Assembly: GCA_963840455.1 (NCBI GenBank) | Contig: CAWIYV010000011.1 | Location: forward strand, 416,001 to 480,000 | Reading direction: 5' to 3' | Source of the DNA: Nitrospirota bacterium | GTDB lineage: Bacteria > Nitrospirota > UBA9217 | DNA length: 64,000 bases | Shown here: one piece after another, positions 12,278-22,741 of the stretch | How positions within the stretch are numbered: the first letter of the stretch is position 1 | Layout: every line of letters starts with the position of its first letter | Translations under genes and position numbers: made by a program | Notes under the pieces: model-generated | The model's input: the letters and a program-made list of their open reading frames with translations, nothing else | Databases searched by the model: none | Told to the model about the DNA's origin: nothing

Positions 12278-14674
12278 TCAGATCACATCCTGCTTCACGA
12301 TCCTGGGGGTGACGAAGATCAGCAGCTCGCGTTTGTCCTCCGTAGTCGTGGTTGTCCTGAACATCCACCCGAGGAGCGGAATATCACCGAAGAACGGCAC
12401 CTTGGTTATCGTCTTGCCGCGGTCGAGGATCAGAATGCCGCCGATGACCGCGGTCTCACCGTCCGTCAGAAGGATCTCGGTGGTCGCTTCGTTCTTCCGG
12501 ATCGACGGCTGGCCGCCGGCGCCGAGAACAGAGTTGTCCGGTGCGTTCTTCGTGGCCTGGATCTTCATGAATATCCGGTTGTCCGGAGTGGCGTGCGGCG
12601 TCACCGTGAGCGACAGCTTTGCATCAACGAACTGTACGTTCGTGGCGCCGCCTGCCTGGGACGTTGCGTAGGGGATCGATATGCCCTGTTCGATCTTGGC
12701 TTCCTTATTGTCCAGGGCGCTCACCCGCGGTGTGGAGATCACTTTCCCTTCGCCGGTCGACTCCATGGCTGAAAGGACGATGTCGAGGTTCAGCGCCTTG
12801 TTCAACGAGCCGAACTGGAAGCCCATCGCTCCGCCTATGCCTGGGCCCACCGGAGCAGGCATGTTCACGAAGTAGGTCCCGTTGCCCGAGGCAACGCCGC
12901 CCATGTTCGGGCCGCCGGTCACGCCGATAGTGTTCGGGAACTTCAGTCCCGTCGCATTTCCGAAGGCGGGGCTTGCATTATAATTTCCGCCCCACTGCAC
13001 GCCGAGCGAACGGTTGAAGGTCAGGGAGGCTTCCACGATCCGCGCTTCGATCATGATCTGCGGCGTCGGCTTGTCAAGCTGCTTGATGAGTGCGACGACT
13101 TCGTCAACATTCCGGATAATGTCCTTGACGATGAGGGTGTTCGTCCTCGCGTCCACCACGGTCTCGCCGCGGGTGGAGAGGGACTTCTTGATCGTCGGCT
13201 CGATCGCGCTCGCTGTCGAATAGTTGATCGGGATGATGCGCGTGACCAGGTCCTCCGCTTTTTTCTTGGCTTCCTTGGCCCTCACTTCCTCGTCTGCCTC
13301 CTTCGCGAGGGCGCCCATGGACGCGATCCGAATGATATTATCCTCGATGGTGTAGCCCAGGCCGTTCATCTTTAGAATGATCTCCATGGCCTGGTCCCAG
13401 GGGATGTTTACGAGGCGGACCGTGACCTTGCCCTTCACGTCCGGCGCCAAGATCATGTTGAGATTCGCGAGCTCGCCGAACAGCCGGAGCACGTTCACGA
13501 GATCGGCGTCCTGCAGATCAAGGGATATGCGGCGTCCGCCGTATTTCTTTGCACCCACCACCATGGCCATGCTCTCGGCCTGGGGCTGCTGACGAGGTTC
13601 TGCTCGCTCCTGTGGGGCCGGGACCGCCGCCGTTTCCTGCGGAGCCGCCTGAGGCGCTTCCCTCTCAGCTTTCTCCGTCGCAACCAGGGCCGCTTCCTGC
13701 GGCTGGGCTGCCGCGCGCTCCTGCGGTTTTTCCTCAGGCTTCGGCGACGCCGCGATGGTCATGGCGACCACGAGGGTATTCCCCTCGGGGGTGACCGTAT
13801 AGTCCATGGGTTTCGTAAGATCAAGAACGATACGCACCTTCTGTTCGGGAGTCGTGTGCTGTCCAACGCGTACCTTGTCCAGGCCGCCTTTCCTGACCGG
13901 CACCACACTGGGCCGCACGCGGCTCTTTGCCCCGGGAACGTCGATCACGAGCCGTTTTCCCTCGATCATGAAGGAGTTCGGCTTCATGGTGCCGTCAGCG
14001 GTGATCACCACCTTGGCGCCCTGTTTGGTTGCGGTGGCCTTGACCGATTTCACGATCTTTGCCGTTCCGGCCTCTCCCCCGGCCACCAGTGCTGCGGCTG
14101 TCTCGGCAGCCGGGGCTGCCTGCTCTTTCGGGGCTTCGGGCGCCGCTACTGCTTCGGGCGCGGCCTTTGCCGCCTCGACGGGCTTCGCGAACTCTACCAT
14201 AAGCTTGCCGCCTGCCTGGTAGACCTTGGTGTCCACGGACTGGGAAAGGGCGATCTCGAGCCGTGCGATATTGTCGACCTGGCTGGGAGTGATGTCGATC
14301 ACGGGTTCCTTGTTCACCGTGATCTTGTCCTTGAACTTCGCCAGGTCCGCATCGGTGATATCAACGATCAGACGGAGCGGCTCGCTAAGCTGGAACGATG
14401 TGTACTGCAGGATTGGGTCGCTCCCCTCGATCACGATCTCGGTAAGCGTTTCGGTCTCCTGCGGGGTGATCGACTGGATGGCCACCCGCGGTACAGGCTG
14501 ACCGGCTTCGGGTCCCTTTTGGCCAGCGCAACCGGTGAACAGGAAGGACACGACCGTCAGGAGCACGATGCCCCATGCGCTATGCCAGTGACCGGCCCGT
14601 GCAGCGGCAGGCATTCCTGCGACCCCTTTTCTTCCCCAAATGCTGATGTGCTTAAGGGGTTGTATGGATTTCAT
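12278..14674 (-). CDS. pilQ: Type IV pilus secretin PilQ
   Basis: Two AMIN-like domains, ISLDLQDAD, QIMIEARIVE and VPFFGDIPLLGWMF..RELLIFVTPRI. Confidence 0.96.
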   Translation of the reverse strand: MKSIQPLKHISIWGRKGVAGMPAAARAGHWHSAWGIVLLTVVSFLFTGCAGQKGPEAGQPVPRVAIQSITPQETETLTEIVIEGSDPILQYTSFQLSEPLRLIVDITDADLAKFKDKITVNKEPVIDITPSQVDNIARLEIALSQSVDTKVYQAGGKLMVEFAKPVEAAKAAPEAVAAPEAPKEQAAPAAETAAALVAGGEAGTAKIVKSVKATATKQGAKVVITADGTMKPNSFMIEGKRLVIDVPGAKSRVRPSVVPVRKGGLDKVRVGQHTTPEQKVRIVLDLTKPMDYTVTPEGNTLVVAMTIAASPKPEEKPQERAAAQPQEAALVATEKAEREAPQAAPQETAAVPAPQERAEPRQQPQAESMAMVVGAKKYGGRRISLDLQDADLVNVLRLFGELANLNMILAPDVKGKVTVRLVNIPWDQAMEIILKMNGLGYTIEDNIIRIASMGALAKEADEEVRAKEAKKKAEDLVTRIIPINYSTASAIEPTIKKSLSTRGETVVDARTNTLIVKDIIRNVDEVVALIKQLDKPTPQIMIEARIVEASLTFNRSLGVQWGGNYNASPAFGNATGLKFPNTIGVTGGPNMGGVASGNGTYFVNMPAPVGPGIGGAMGFQFGSLNKALNLDIVLSAMESTGEGKVISTPRVSALDNKEAKIEQGISIPYATSQAGGATNVQFVDAKLSLTVTPHATPDNRIFMKIQATKNAPDNSVLGAGGQPSIRKNEATTEILLTDGETAVIGGILILDRGKTITKVPFFGDIPLLGWMFRTTTTTEDKRELLIFVTPRIVKQDVI

Positions 14675-15255
14675 GGCGTCCCCTCCTGTTTTTTACGGAG
14701 CTCGATAACGATTTCCTTGCGGTTGGTTTCCCCTTGCGGGTCCTTAAATTTTTCTTCGATGACCATCGTGTTCTGCGTGATCTTCTTCACAACACCCTGG
14801 TTCGGCCCGACCTTGGTGCCAACGCGGACGAAGTAGCCCTTTCCGTCGGGGCCTTCCAGCATGGCATGATAGCCGAGCCCGCCCCAGATGATGCCAGCCA
14901 GCTTGAACTCGCTGATGGGATACCGTTCCAACGGTGCTTTCGCGCCGGCCATGGACTTCTTCTCTTCCTTGATGATGATGGGAGTGAAAGGATCCCGCCG
15001 GCCTGCCGGGTTGTACGCGTAGATCGCAGCAGGCTTCTCTTCGGCCTTTGCCTGCTCCACGGTCGCCGTCGCCGCGGACTTTGGCTGTTGCGCCGGTGCG
15101 GGGGCCGTTGCCGTCGGTTTGGTCTTGTCCGAGCAGCCGGTCAGGCCGGCCGTGGCTAGAAGCAAGAGCGCCAGTGCCGCAGCGAACCGCTTACTTAACC
15201 TGTTTAGTTGCCGAAGGCGTTTTTGGTGTCTCAACTTTCTTCTCCACTGCTGCAA
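14671..15255 (-). CDS. pilP: Type IV pilus lipoprotein PilP (start uncertain, possibly TTG 15234)
   Basis: Lipobox LTGC, YNPAGRRDPF and PLERY motifs. Operon position. Confidence 0.9.
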   Translation of the reverse strand: MQQWRRKLRHQKRLRQLNRLSKRFAAALALLLLATAGLTGCSDKTKPTATAPAPAQQPKSAATATVEQAKAEEKPAAIYAYNPAGRRDPFTPIIIKEEKKSMAGAKAPLERYPISEFKLAGIIWGGLGYHAMLEGPDGKGYFVRVGTKVGPNQGVVKKITQNTMVIEEKFKDPQGETNRKEIVIELRKKQEGTP

Positions 15256-15820
15256 AGGTCATGGCCGTGCAGTCGATATTGATCTCCATGGTCCCGTTCT
15301 TCGCCAGCTTTGGTTGATCCATCTTGACGTTCAGCATGTTCACGATCCGGGTCAGCTTGCTCACGCTGTCGAAAAAGAGGGCAACATTATGGTAACCGCC
15401 GGTCAGCTTGAGCGAGATGGGGATCTCTTCGTACATACCGCTCGAATGGGGCCTGCGTCTGTCAGGCTTCCACAGCTTGAGCGACAGCCCGGCCTTGTTC
15501 ACCAATCCCTGGATCTGGCGGAGGAGGCCGGAGACCTCCGACTCGGGAGGCAGCTGCTCGGTCAGGACCTTGAGCCGCTCCTGAAGGGACTTGACTTCCG
15601 CTCGAAGCTGGTCGAGCTGCTTGATCTTCGCGTTGTTCTCCCGTATCTTTGCCTGCTGCTGCGCGATCTCGCCTTCCAGCTTCCGGATCTCGGCCGTCTT
15701 TGGAATATGGACCTGCCAAATGAAGAGGACCACTATAGCGATGATCAGGCCAACGAACGCCCCGGTGCGCGTTTTCGTCGGGATCTTCTGCAGTTTGTCG
15801 AGTATCGCGGGAGCAGCCAT
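15191..15820 (-). CDS. pilO: Type IV pilus assembly protein PilO
   Basis: TM helix plus coiled coil, QLPPESEVSGLL and GGYHNVALFF..LTRIVN. Confidence 0.93.
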   Translation of the reverse strand: MAAPAILDKLQKIPTKTRTGAFVGLIIAIVVLFIWQVHIPKTAEIRKLEGEIAQQQAKIRENNAKIKQLDQLRAEVKSLQERLKVLTEQLPPESEVSGLLRQIQGLVNKAGLSLKLWKPDRRRPHSSGMYEEIPISLKLTGGYHNVALFFDSVSKLTRIVNMLNVKMDQPKLAKNGTMEINIDCTAMTFAAVEKKVETPKTPSATKQVK

Positions 15821-16368
15821 TATAACCCCTTGTACTTGAACTGGAGCTTGTATTCGTAGATCTCGTACCCTTCCTTGTTCTTCTGGACCGTTTCCATGAG
15901 ATTGACGTCCGTGAAGTATGGCGACGCCTTCAGGTTGTCCACGAATTTCACCACGTCCTCGTTCGAGAAGGCCTCGCCGGCGAGATTGATGCTTCCGCTG
16001 CTCTCCACCATCGAGAGGAGGTCAACGCTGACGGGGATCGCTCGGCTGATCTCGTCAAGGAGCCGGACCGGGCCCTGCTGGTTCTTCTTGAGCTGCTCGA
16101 TGATCCCAATCTTGTCGGTGACCTTTTTGCGCTCATCCTCGACGTTCTTGACCTCTTTCAGCATATTTTCCTGCCGCGCGACCTCGGCCATCGCAGCGTC
16201 CCTCTCCTGGGTCCTCGCTGCAATCTTGCTGTTCAGGCTGATGAAATAGAAGGCCATACCGGCAATAACACCGCCAAACACCACGACAGCGATGATGAGC
16301 TGCTTCTGCAGCTCGGTGACCTTCCGGGCAGGCTTCCGCTTGGTCGGTAGGAGGTTTATCTTGATCAT
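15820..16368 (-). CDS. pilN: Type IV pilus assembly protein PilN
   Basis: MIKINLLP N-terminal motif, TM helix and coiled coil. Confidence 0.94.
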   Translation of the reverse strand: MIKINLLPTKRKPARKVTELQKQLIIAVVVFGGVIAGMAFYFISLNSKIAARTQERDAAMAEVARQENMLKEVKNVEDERKKVTDKIGIIEQLKKNQQGPVRLLDEISRAIPVSVDLLSMVESSGSINLAGEAFSNEDVVKFVDNLKASPYFTDVNLMETVQKNKEGYEIYEYKLQFKYKGL

Positions 16369-17417
16369 CGGTCGCTCGGCCTCCTCATCGCAAGACCTAC
16401 CGCAACGGCAGCAAGGGGCGCGGTATCGCTGATGAACCCTGCATCAAAATGCTTCGGGTCAACCTTGATATTTTTGAAGGGATTGATGACGTCCACGGGG
16501 ATCTCGATCCTCTCCGAAAGGACCTTGATGAATTGGGCGATCTTAGCACACCCGCCCGATACCAGCACATGATTGACCTTGTCGCTCCCGGTCGTGGAAC
16601 GGAAAAAATCGAATGACTGCTGGATCTGTGCCACGATCTCCTCGGTCACCGACGACATGATCCCGGAGAGCTGTTCCCGGTCGACCCCGCCCACGGCCTC
16701 GCCGCGCTTCACCTTCTCTGCATCCTCGTAGCTGAGGCTCGCATCGCGCTGCAAAGCTTCCGTATATTTGTTGCCTCCAACCGTGATATCGCGGGTAAAG
16801 ATGGAAACCCCGTCCCGCAGGATATTGATGTTCATCACCGACGCGCCGATGTTCAGGAGCGCCGTGATCCCCGCTTCCACCTCATAGTTCAGCTCGCACA
16901 TGTTGGCAAGAGCGAATGCGTCGACATCCACGATGACCGGCTCCAGTCCCGCATCCTTCACCAGGTTCACGTAATCGTTGATCTTGTCCTTTTTCACGGC
17001 GACCAGGAGCACATCGGCCTGCCCTTCGGCGGCACCCGGCCCGAGCTTCTGGAAGTCGACGTTCACGTCGTCGATGGAAAACGGGATGTACTGCTCCGCC
17101 TCCCACTTGATGGACTCGGCAAGCTCTTCCTCGGTCATGTCCGCGATGGAGATCCGCTTAATGATGACCGAACTCCCTGAGACCGAGAGTACGACCTCCT
17201 TGGTCTTGACCTTCTGAGAGTTGAGGAGCTCCTTGATTGCCTCGGACACGCGGTTCGCGTCCATCACCGCGCCTTCGACGATCACCTCGGCCGGCAGCGG
17301 GACCATCCCGTACTTGACCAGGCTGAAACTCTTCCCGGACCCCTTCAGCTGCACCAGCTTGATGTAGGTGGAGCCGATGTCGAGGGCGATAGGTTCTATC
17401 TTTCTGGAAAACAGCAT
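16365..17417 (-). CDS. pilM: Type IV pilus assembly protein PilM
   Basis: ALDIGS actin-like motif, EAEQYIPF and VDVDAFALAN. Confidence 0.96.
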   Translation of the reverse strand: MLFSRKIEPIALDIGSTYIKLVQLKGSGKSFSLVKYGMVPLPAEVIVEGAVMDANRVSEAIKELLNSQKVKTKEVVLSVSGSSVIIKRISIADMTEEELAESIKWEAEQYIPFSIDDVNVDFQKLGPGAAEGQADVLLVAVKKDKINDYVNLVKDAGLEPVIVDVDAFALANMCELNYEVEAGITALLNIGASVMNINILRDGVSIFTRDITVGGNKYTEALQRDASLSYEDAEKVKRGEAVGGVDREQLSGIMSSVTEEIVAQIQQSFDFFRSTTGSDKVNHVLVSGGCAKIAQFIKVLSERIEIPVDVINPFKNIKVDPKHFDAGFISDTAPLAAVAVGLAMRRPSDR

Positions 17418-17454
17418 GCTCACCCCGGATGCGGTTATGCCGCACAATTGATCG

Positions 17455-17652
17455 TCAGGCGTTCTTGCCCCTGATGATCTTTTCGATCACTTTCAGATTG
17501 TTCTCGTTGTAGATCCGCCAGCCGCGCCAGTCGCGACCAACCCCTGGGAGCAATCCTTCGCTCTCCCACCGGAAAAGCGTTGCCCGGGAAATGTCGAATC
17601 TGTCGCAGATCTCCTTGGTTTTATATATTCTCGGGTTTTTACGCTTGACCAT
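17455..17652 (-). CDS. Small MerR/BldC-like winged-HTH protein with no effector domain
   Basis: 65 aa with ISRATLFRWESEGLLP..RDWRGWRIY. GAGG RBS. Confidence 0.85.
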   Translation of the reverse strand: MVKRKNPRIYKTKEICDRFDISRATLFRWESEGLLPGVGRDWRGWRIYNENNLKVIEKIIRGKNA

Positions 17653-18224
17653 CGCAACCTCTCTGTCATGACTAGTGATACTATTTATAGTAAGTATAGT
17701 TACTATGATATCCAAATCATTCTGATTGTCAAGAATAATTAAAAAAATATTTCATTTTTTTCAAACACATACAGCATCTTGTATTTTATCAGCGCAAAAA
17801 TACAAGATTATGTGGCCCTCACGCATCATTTTTTTTCGCCACGGGGCCCGAAAAGACCGCATGCGATGCCCGAAGGGCTACGATCACCGTGCTGTGGAGC
17901 TGTTGCGATGCTGTTCCCGTGCAAGAAGCTTGGTAGTGTCCAGCCCTCGCGGCTCCGTCTCCTGTGCTCACGCGATCCTTCCTTCGACCCTCCTCAGGAA
18001 CGCTCCTCGCGTTTCCCAATCAGTGAACCTGGTGCCCTGTCCCAGCAGAACGAGCGAACAGTCCTGCCCTGCTTCCTGAACGAGGACCTGCGGTCAAACG
18101 TCGGTCCGCTGCAGAATAGGAGCACTCGGCAAAAAAACAAATGTGACGACCGGACAGGGATAACAGAAGGGGACACGAGAACGCACGCGAAGGATCTTTA
18201 CGCCGCAAGGAAGGTGTCTGAGAT

Positions 18225-18260
18225 AAAATAACGCCGGCAGGTCAGGGACCAGCCGGCGTT
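18225..18260 (-). terminator. Putative terminator after cooS
   Basis: AACGCCGGC/GCCGGCGTT stem, then ATTTT on the minus strand. Confidence 0.6.
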
Positions 18261-18308
18261 CAAGATTCCTTTTCTCAGGAAGAGAACAGCGAAGAGGTGT
18301 TTCCGACG

Positions 18309-20288
18309 CTACACATCCACCCCGTGCGGGGTGGCAAAGGAGCCGCGGCGCGCCTTCATGTCGAGGAGCACGCGCTCGGTCCCGAAAGCACCGGGCTCGT
18401 ACTTCCGGATCTTGAGCTTCTCGCGGGCGGAGTCGATGAGCTTCAAAGCGAGTTCGAGGATCTTGCCCGGGTCCTCCTCGAAGTAGAAGCCCGCGGTGAA
18501 CTGCTCCCACCACTTGTTCTCCATGATGTCCTTCAGCGTCTTGCTGGCGCTGACCGGGGAACCTGCTCCGAAGATGATCGGTACACCGGAGGCAACGAAG
18601 TAGGTTCCGATGGCGATGGCCTTTTCGCTCATCCACTCGGGGCCGATGCCCACGGCCGGGAGGCCGCCAATATCGTCGCCCAAGCCGCCTTCCTCGGCAA
18701 TGTGGGAGGCGATGGTCAGGATGCGCGAGTTGTCAACGCACGAGCCCAGGTGGAGGATAGGCGGGATGCCGATGGCCTCGCAGACCTGGCGGAGGCCCGG
18801 TCCGGCGTTCTCCATGGCGTTCTCCGGCGTCATATAGCCGGCCTTGGCCGACGCGTGCGCCGAGCAGCCGGTCTGGACCACGAGCACGTCGTTCTTGATG
18901 AACTCGCGGGACAGGAAGTTATGGATGCTGTCCTGGCTGATGCGCGGGTTGTTGCAGCCTGCAAGGCCAACCACGCCGCGGATGCGGCCCGAGATGATGG
19001 CGTCGTTCAACGGGCGGTACGAGCCGCGGTACTGGCCGCCCTGCATGTATTCGATGTACTCGTCCGAGAAACCGGCCACCATATTGGGCTGCTTTAACGT
19101 GGCATGGGTCACCAGTTCTTTCTTGCGGTTCGGGAAGTTGTCGATGGCGATCTTCAGGACCTTCTTTGCGATGTCCATGGCATGGTGTTCGTCATACTCG
19201 ATATGGGTCGCATCCACCATCTTGCCCTTGGGCGTCGTGGTGATGATCTTCGTATGGAACTTTTTGGCAAGCTGGCCGATCGCCGGCATGATGCACTGGA
19301 CGTCGACGGCCATGGCCTCGATCATGCCCGTGACCAGGCCGAGTTCCTGCTGCAGGAACCCACCGGCCGTGGCGATGCCGTGCCGGACCAGGATCTCGTT
19401 CGCGGTGCAGCACATACCCACGAGGTTCACGCCTTTGGCGCCCTTGGACTTGGCATAGGCGACGATCTCAGCGTCGTCCGTTGCCTCGACGAGCATCTCG
19501 GCGAAGGACGGCTCATGGCCGTGGACCACGAAGTTCACATAGTCTTCCTTGAAAACGTCGAGGCTCGCGGTCGCGGTGACCGGGTGCGGCGTGCCGAACA
19601 GGATATCCGAGATGTCCGTGCCGATCATGGAGCCGCCCCAGCCGTCGGCGAGGGACGTGCGCAGGGCGCCGAGCATGATGTTCTCCGGCTCCTGGTCTAC
19701 GCCCATGGCGGTCCGGTGCAGCATCTCGACGCACTCGCGGTCGATGCCGCGCGGCGCAATGCGGAACTTGCGCCAGATCTCCTGGCGTCGCTTTGGCGCG
19801 CGGGACAGATAGACCAGTTCGCCGTTCTGCTGGCCGAACTGCTCGATGAACTTGAGGGCCACTTCCTCGGCCACCTTGTTCACGGGCTTGCCTTCGATAT
19901 TGATGTTGAGGTACCCCGCAACACGGTTCAGCTTGCGCACGTCCTTGATCTTGAAGTCCTTAGCTTCGCCGCGTGCGGCCGCGAGGAGTGTGTTCGCCAG
20001 GTCGCGGGCATGGTCGGAGTGGGCTGCGGTGCCCGCGGCGACCATGCGGGCGAAGTTCCGCGCCGTCACTACCGGCAGCGTTGCGCCGCATACGCCCTGG
20101 GCCTCGTCTTCCTTGCCTACGAGGCGGCAGGGGCCCATGTGGCAGATCTTGCAGCAGGCGCCCTGGTGCCCGATCGGGCAGGGCTTGAGCTTTTCAGCGC
20201 GGTCGAACGACGTTGTTATGTTCTTCTGCCCGGCCACCTTCAGCAGCACCTGGGCAGCAGGGTCAACGGATCTCTGATTTTCCTTCAT
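18309..20288 (-). CDS. cooS: Anaerobic Ni,Fe carbon monoxide dehydrogenase catalytic subunit
   Basis: CCKICHMGPC, HSDH, HGHEP, MCCTANE, VDVQC, GCNN, TGC, GSCVDN and MSEKA. Confidence 0.96.
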   Translation of the reverse strand: MKENQRSVDPAAQVLLKVAGQKNITTSFDRAEKLKPCPIGHQGACCKICHMGPCRLVGKEDEAQGVCGATLPVVTARNFARMVAAGTAAHSDHARDLANTLLAAARGEAKDFKIKDVRKLNRVAGYLNINIEGKPVNKVAEEVALKFIEQFGQQNGELVYLSRAPKRRQEIWRKFRIAPRGIDRECVEMLHRTAMGVDQEPENIMLGALRTSLADGWGGSMIGTDISDILFGTPHPVTATASLDVFKEDYVNFVVHGHEPSFAEMLVEATDDAEIVAYAKSKGAKGVNLVGMCCTANEILVRHGIATAGGFLQQELGLVTGMIEAMAVDVQCIMPAIGQLAKKFHTKIITTTPKGKMVDATHIEYDEHHAMDIAKKVLKIAIDNFPNRKKELVTHATLKQPNMVAGFSDEYIEYMQGGQYRGSYRPLNDAIISGRIRGVVGLAGCNNPRISQDSIHNFLSREFIKNDVLVVQTGCSAHASAKAGYMTPENAMENAGPGLRQVCEAIGIPPILHLGSCVDNSRILTIASHIAEEGGLGDDIGGLPAVGIGPEWMSEKAIAIGTYFVASGVPIIFGAGSPVSASKTLKDIMENKWWEQFTAGFYFEEDPGKILELALKLIDSAREKLKIRKYEPGAFGTERVLLDMKARRGSFATPHGVDV

Positions 20289-20470
20289 GGTCGTTACGAT
20301 CTCCTTTCAGTCGACATGTATCAAAAAGGGGGCGAAAACCGCCCGATTTATTGGAGCGAGGTGCATTATACGAAAGAGCACAGAATAATGCTACAGGAAG
20401 TTACGCACTGACCCTTCAACAGCTAAAATCCTGGCTGAAGGATATCTGCCGCGCCGGCTTGAACCGCCGG

Positions 20471-22633
20471 TTATCGCTTCGTCACTGTTTCCTGAACCAC
20501 GAGCACCTTCTTGACCGCAGACTGCGCCAGCAGTCCGGCATTCAGTGCCATGAGGATTGCGGTCGTGGACTCCGATGCAGGCTTCCCGGCCTTCGCAGCT
20601 ACGGGCTTGAACGCCGCAACGTCGAGCTTCGCGGCCTTGGCCTTTTTCGCGTTAGCAGCAACGTCTTTCACCGTGAAGCCCTTGGCCTTGTTCATCACGA
20701 GCGACAGTTCAGCCGCGATGTCAGCCCCGTCCTTGGCCACGCCTTCGGGGTCCTGAGCAGCAGTAAACGTCTTCTGCTGCCCGTAGGTCGTGACGATGGT
20801 GCCGCCCCGCTCGTACAGCGCCGCCATGGGCAGCACCACGTCGGCCTTCTCCGCGAGGGCGGTCAGATGGCTCGTTTGAACAACGAGGAAGTCCGATTTC
20901 AGATCTGCATCGGGAACATTCCCGGCGACAAAGAGCGCCTTCATGCCGGCACTCATGTCCGCATATCCCTTGCCCGCCTTCTTGATCTTGGCAAAACCCG
21001 GTCCCAGGTCAGCGAGGCAACCCATCTGCATCACGCCAAGGGCGTTTGCCTCGGGCAGGAGCGGTAGCACGCCTGCGTCCTTCAACAGCGCCAGGTTCAG
21101 CGCCTGCGTCGATGCTTCCTCGCTGGCCGAGATGCCTGTGCCGATCACAATTACGGGATTCTTCGCCGCGGCATAGGCCTTGGCCGCCGCAAGGATCTGC
21201 TCTGCGGCAACACCGGACGCTGAGGCTGCAGCTTCGACGGTCACCAGCGACTTTTTCAGGGCATCAAGCCCCTTTGCGGACGGGGCAGCGCCTTCGGCGA
21301 GCGCCGCGGTCATGAGGCCCGCGAGCAGCGACGTATCGGTGCCGGCCTTGAGCTGGAGCAGGATGGCGTTCGCGTGATGGGCGAGGTCCGTCTTTTCCGT
21401 GCTCACCACGATCACCTTGGCGCCAGCCTGGGCGCGGCGGCGGATCATAACATCCGCTTCCTGCATGGTCTGCTTCTTCTGCGACGGATCGGCGCCGATC
21501 ACGACCACGGCGTCGGCAGTTTTCAGGTCGGCCCGAGACGCGATCCCGATGCCCGCGTCACCGTAGACCGCACGCAGGGCGCTGATCAGGCCGCCCGCAT
21601 AGGCCGAGGCCGGCGTGTCGATGTTGGCGCTCCCCGCCGCGTCGCGGGCCAGTGACTGCACCGCCATGGCCTCTTCGTTCGTGAGCGAGCCTGAAACGAT
21701 GAACCCGGCGTTGGCCCCGGCCTTCTTCAGGCCGTCGGCCGCGATCTTGAGCGCCTCGCTCCAGGTCGTCTGCACGAGCTTCTTGCCTTCCCGCTTCATC
21801 GGCGTGGTAACGCGGTTCGCCGAGCGGTGCACGTCGAAGCCGAACCGGCCGATCACGCAGATGTACCCGTTGTCTTCCTTCGCGTTCACCTTGACGATCT
21901 TCCCGTCCTTCTTGGAGACGACCACGCTGCAGCCGGAACCGCAGGCCGTGCAGACCGCGTCATGCTTTGCGAGGTCCCACTCCCGGCCGTGCTGCCACCG
22001 GTCGCGCTCCATGATGGTGTTCACCGGGCAGGCGTCGATACAGCTCCCGCAGAAGGTGCAGCCTGATTCGTGGAGCGGCTTATCCAGGGCCGTCGAGACC
22101 TTGGAGGTGATGCCGCGGCCCATGAAATCGAGCACGTTCGTATTCTGCTCCTTGCAGACCCGGACGCACCGGCCGCAGAGGATGCAGTAGTTGTTGTCGA
22201 TGGTGATGAAGGGGCTCCGGTCGTTCAGCGGGTAGTTGAAGCTCTTCCTGCCGAACGAGGATTCCTGGATCTTCAGGTCGGCAGCGTAACGCTGGAGATC
22301 GCAGGTGCCGGCCTTGGGGCAGGTCATGCAATCCAGGGGATGGAAGGAAAGGATCAGGTCGGTCACGAACTTCCGGATCTCCTCCACCTTGGGGGTCTTG
22401 GTCTGGACCTTCATCCCCTCCTTGGTGCGGGTGGTGCAGCCGGTGACCGGGGTCTTCAAACCCTCGATCTCCACCATGCACATGCGGCAGGCGCCCACGC
22501 CGCGAAGCTCCTTGATGTGGCAGAGGTTCGGGATATGTACCCCCACCGTCGCCCCGGCGTCCACCAGTGTCATGCCCTCGGGCACCTGGTAGGACTTACC
22601 GTCGAACTCCATGGTCACCATCTTCGTCGTCAT
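20471..22633 (-). CDS. NuoG/FdhA-like FeS subunit with degenerate molybdopterin domain (BfuA-like)
   Basis: 2Fe-2S (GACRMC), HxxxCxxCxxxxxC, two CxxCxxCxxxC and CxxCxxxC. No Cys/Sec-His at the Fdh active-site position (NIDTPASAY). Confidence 0.85.
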   Translation of the reverse strand: MTTKMVTMEFDGKSYQVPEGMTLVDAGATVGVHIPNLCHIKELRGVGACRMCMVEIEGLKTPVTGCTTRTKEGMKVQTKTPKVEEIRKFVTDLILSFHPLDCMTCPKAGTCDLQRYAADLKIQESSFGRKSFNYPLNDRSPFITIDNNYCILCGRCVRVCKEQNTNVLDFMGRGITSKVSTALDKPLHESGCTFCGSCIDACPVNTIMERDRWQHGREWDLAKHDAVCTACGSGCSVVVSKKDGKIVKVNAKEDNGYICVIGRFGFDVHRSANRVTTPMKREGKKLVQTTWSEALKIAADGLKKAGANAGFIVSGSLTNEEAMAVQSLARDAAGSANIDTPASAYAGGLISALRAVYGDAGIGIASRADLKTADAVVVIGADPSQKKQTMQEADVMIRRRAQAGAKVIVVSTEKTDLAHHANAILLQLKAGTDTSLLAGLMTAALAEGAAPSAKGLDALKKSLVTVEAAASASGVAAEQILAAAKAYAAAKNPVIVIGTGISASEEASTQALNLALLKDAGVLPLLPEANALGVMQMGCLADLGPGFAKIKKAGKGYADMSAGMKALFVAGNVPDADLKSDFLVVQTSHLTALAEKADVVLPMAALYERGGTIVTTYGQQKTFTAAQDPEGVAKDGADIAAELSLVMNKAKGFTVKDVAANAKKAKAAKLDVAAFKPVAAKAGKPASESTTAILMALNAGLLAQSAVKKVLVVQETVTKR

Positions 22634-22660
22634 AGCAGCCTCCGGAATACCAATTCGTTT

Positions 22661-22726
22661 GATTGTAAATTTGAGATTGGAGATCGAAAATTTTCAACCT
22701 TCACTTTTCAATTTCCAATATTCAAT
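22661..22726. repeat. Inverted arrays of degenerate heptamers in an operon spacer
   Basis: (GATTGTA)(AATTTGA)(GATTGGA)(GATCGAA)...(TTTCAAT)(TTCCAAT)(ATTCAAT). Confidence 0.65.
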
Positions 22727-22741
22727 AAGCGCTCTGTAGCT

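Noticed and set aside
17720-18225. Possible riboswitch or ncRNA (e.g. c-di-GMP-I) in the 500-bp gap upstream of the pil operon
   Set aside because: No recognisable GEMM or other consensus by eye. An Infernal/Rfam scan would be needed.
20471-22633. Selenocysteine formate dehydrogenase
   Set aside because: No in-frame TGA and no Cys-His active-site motif.
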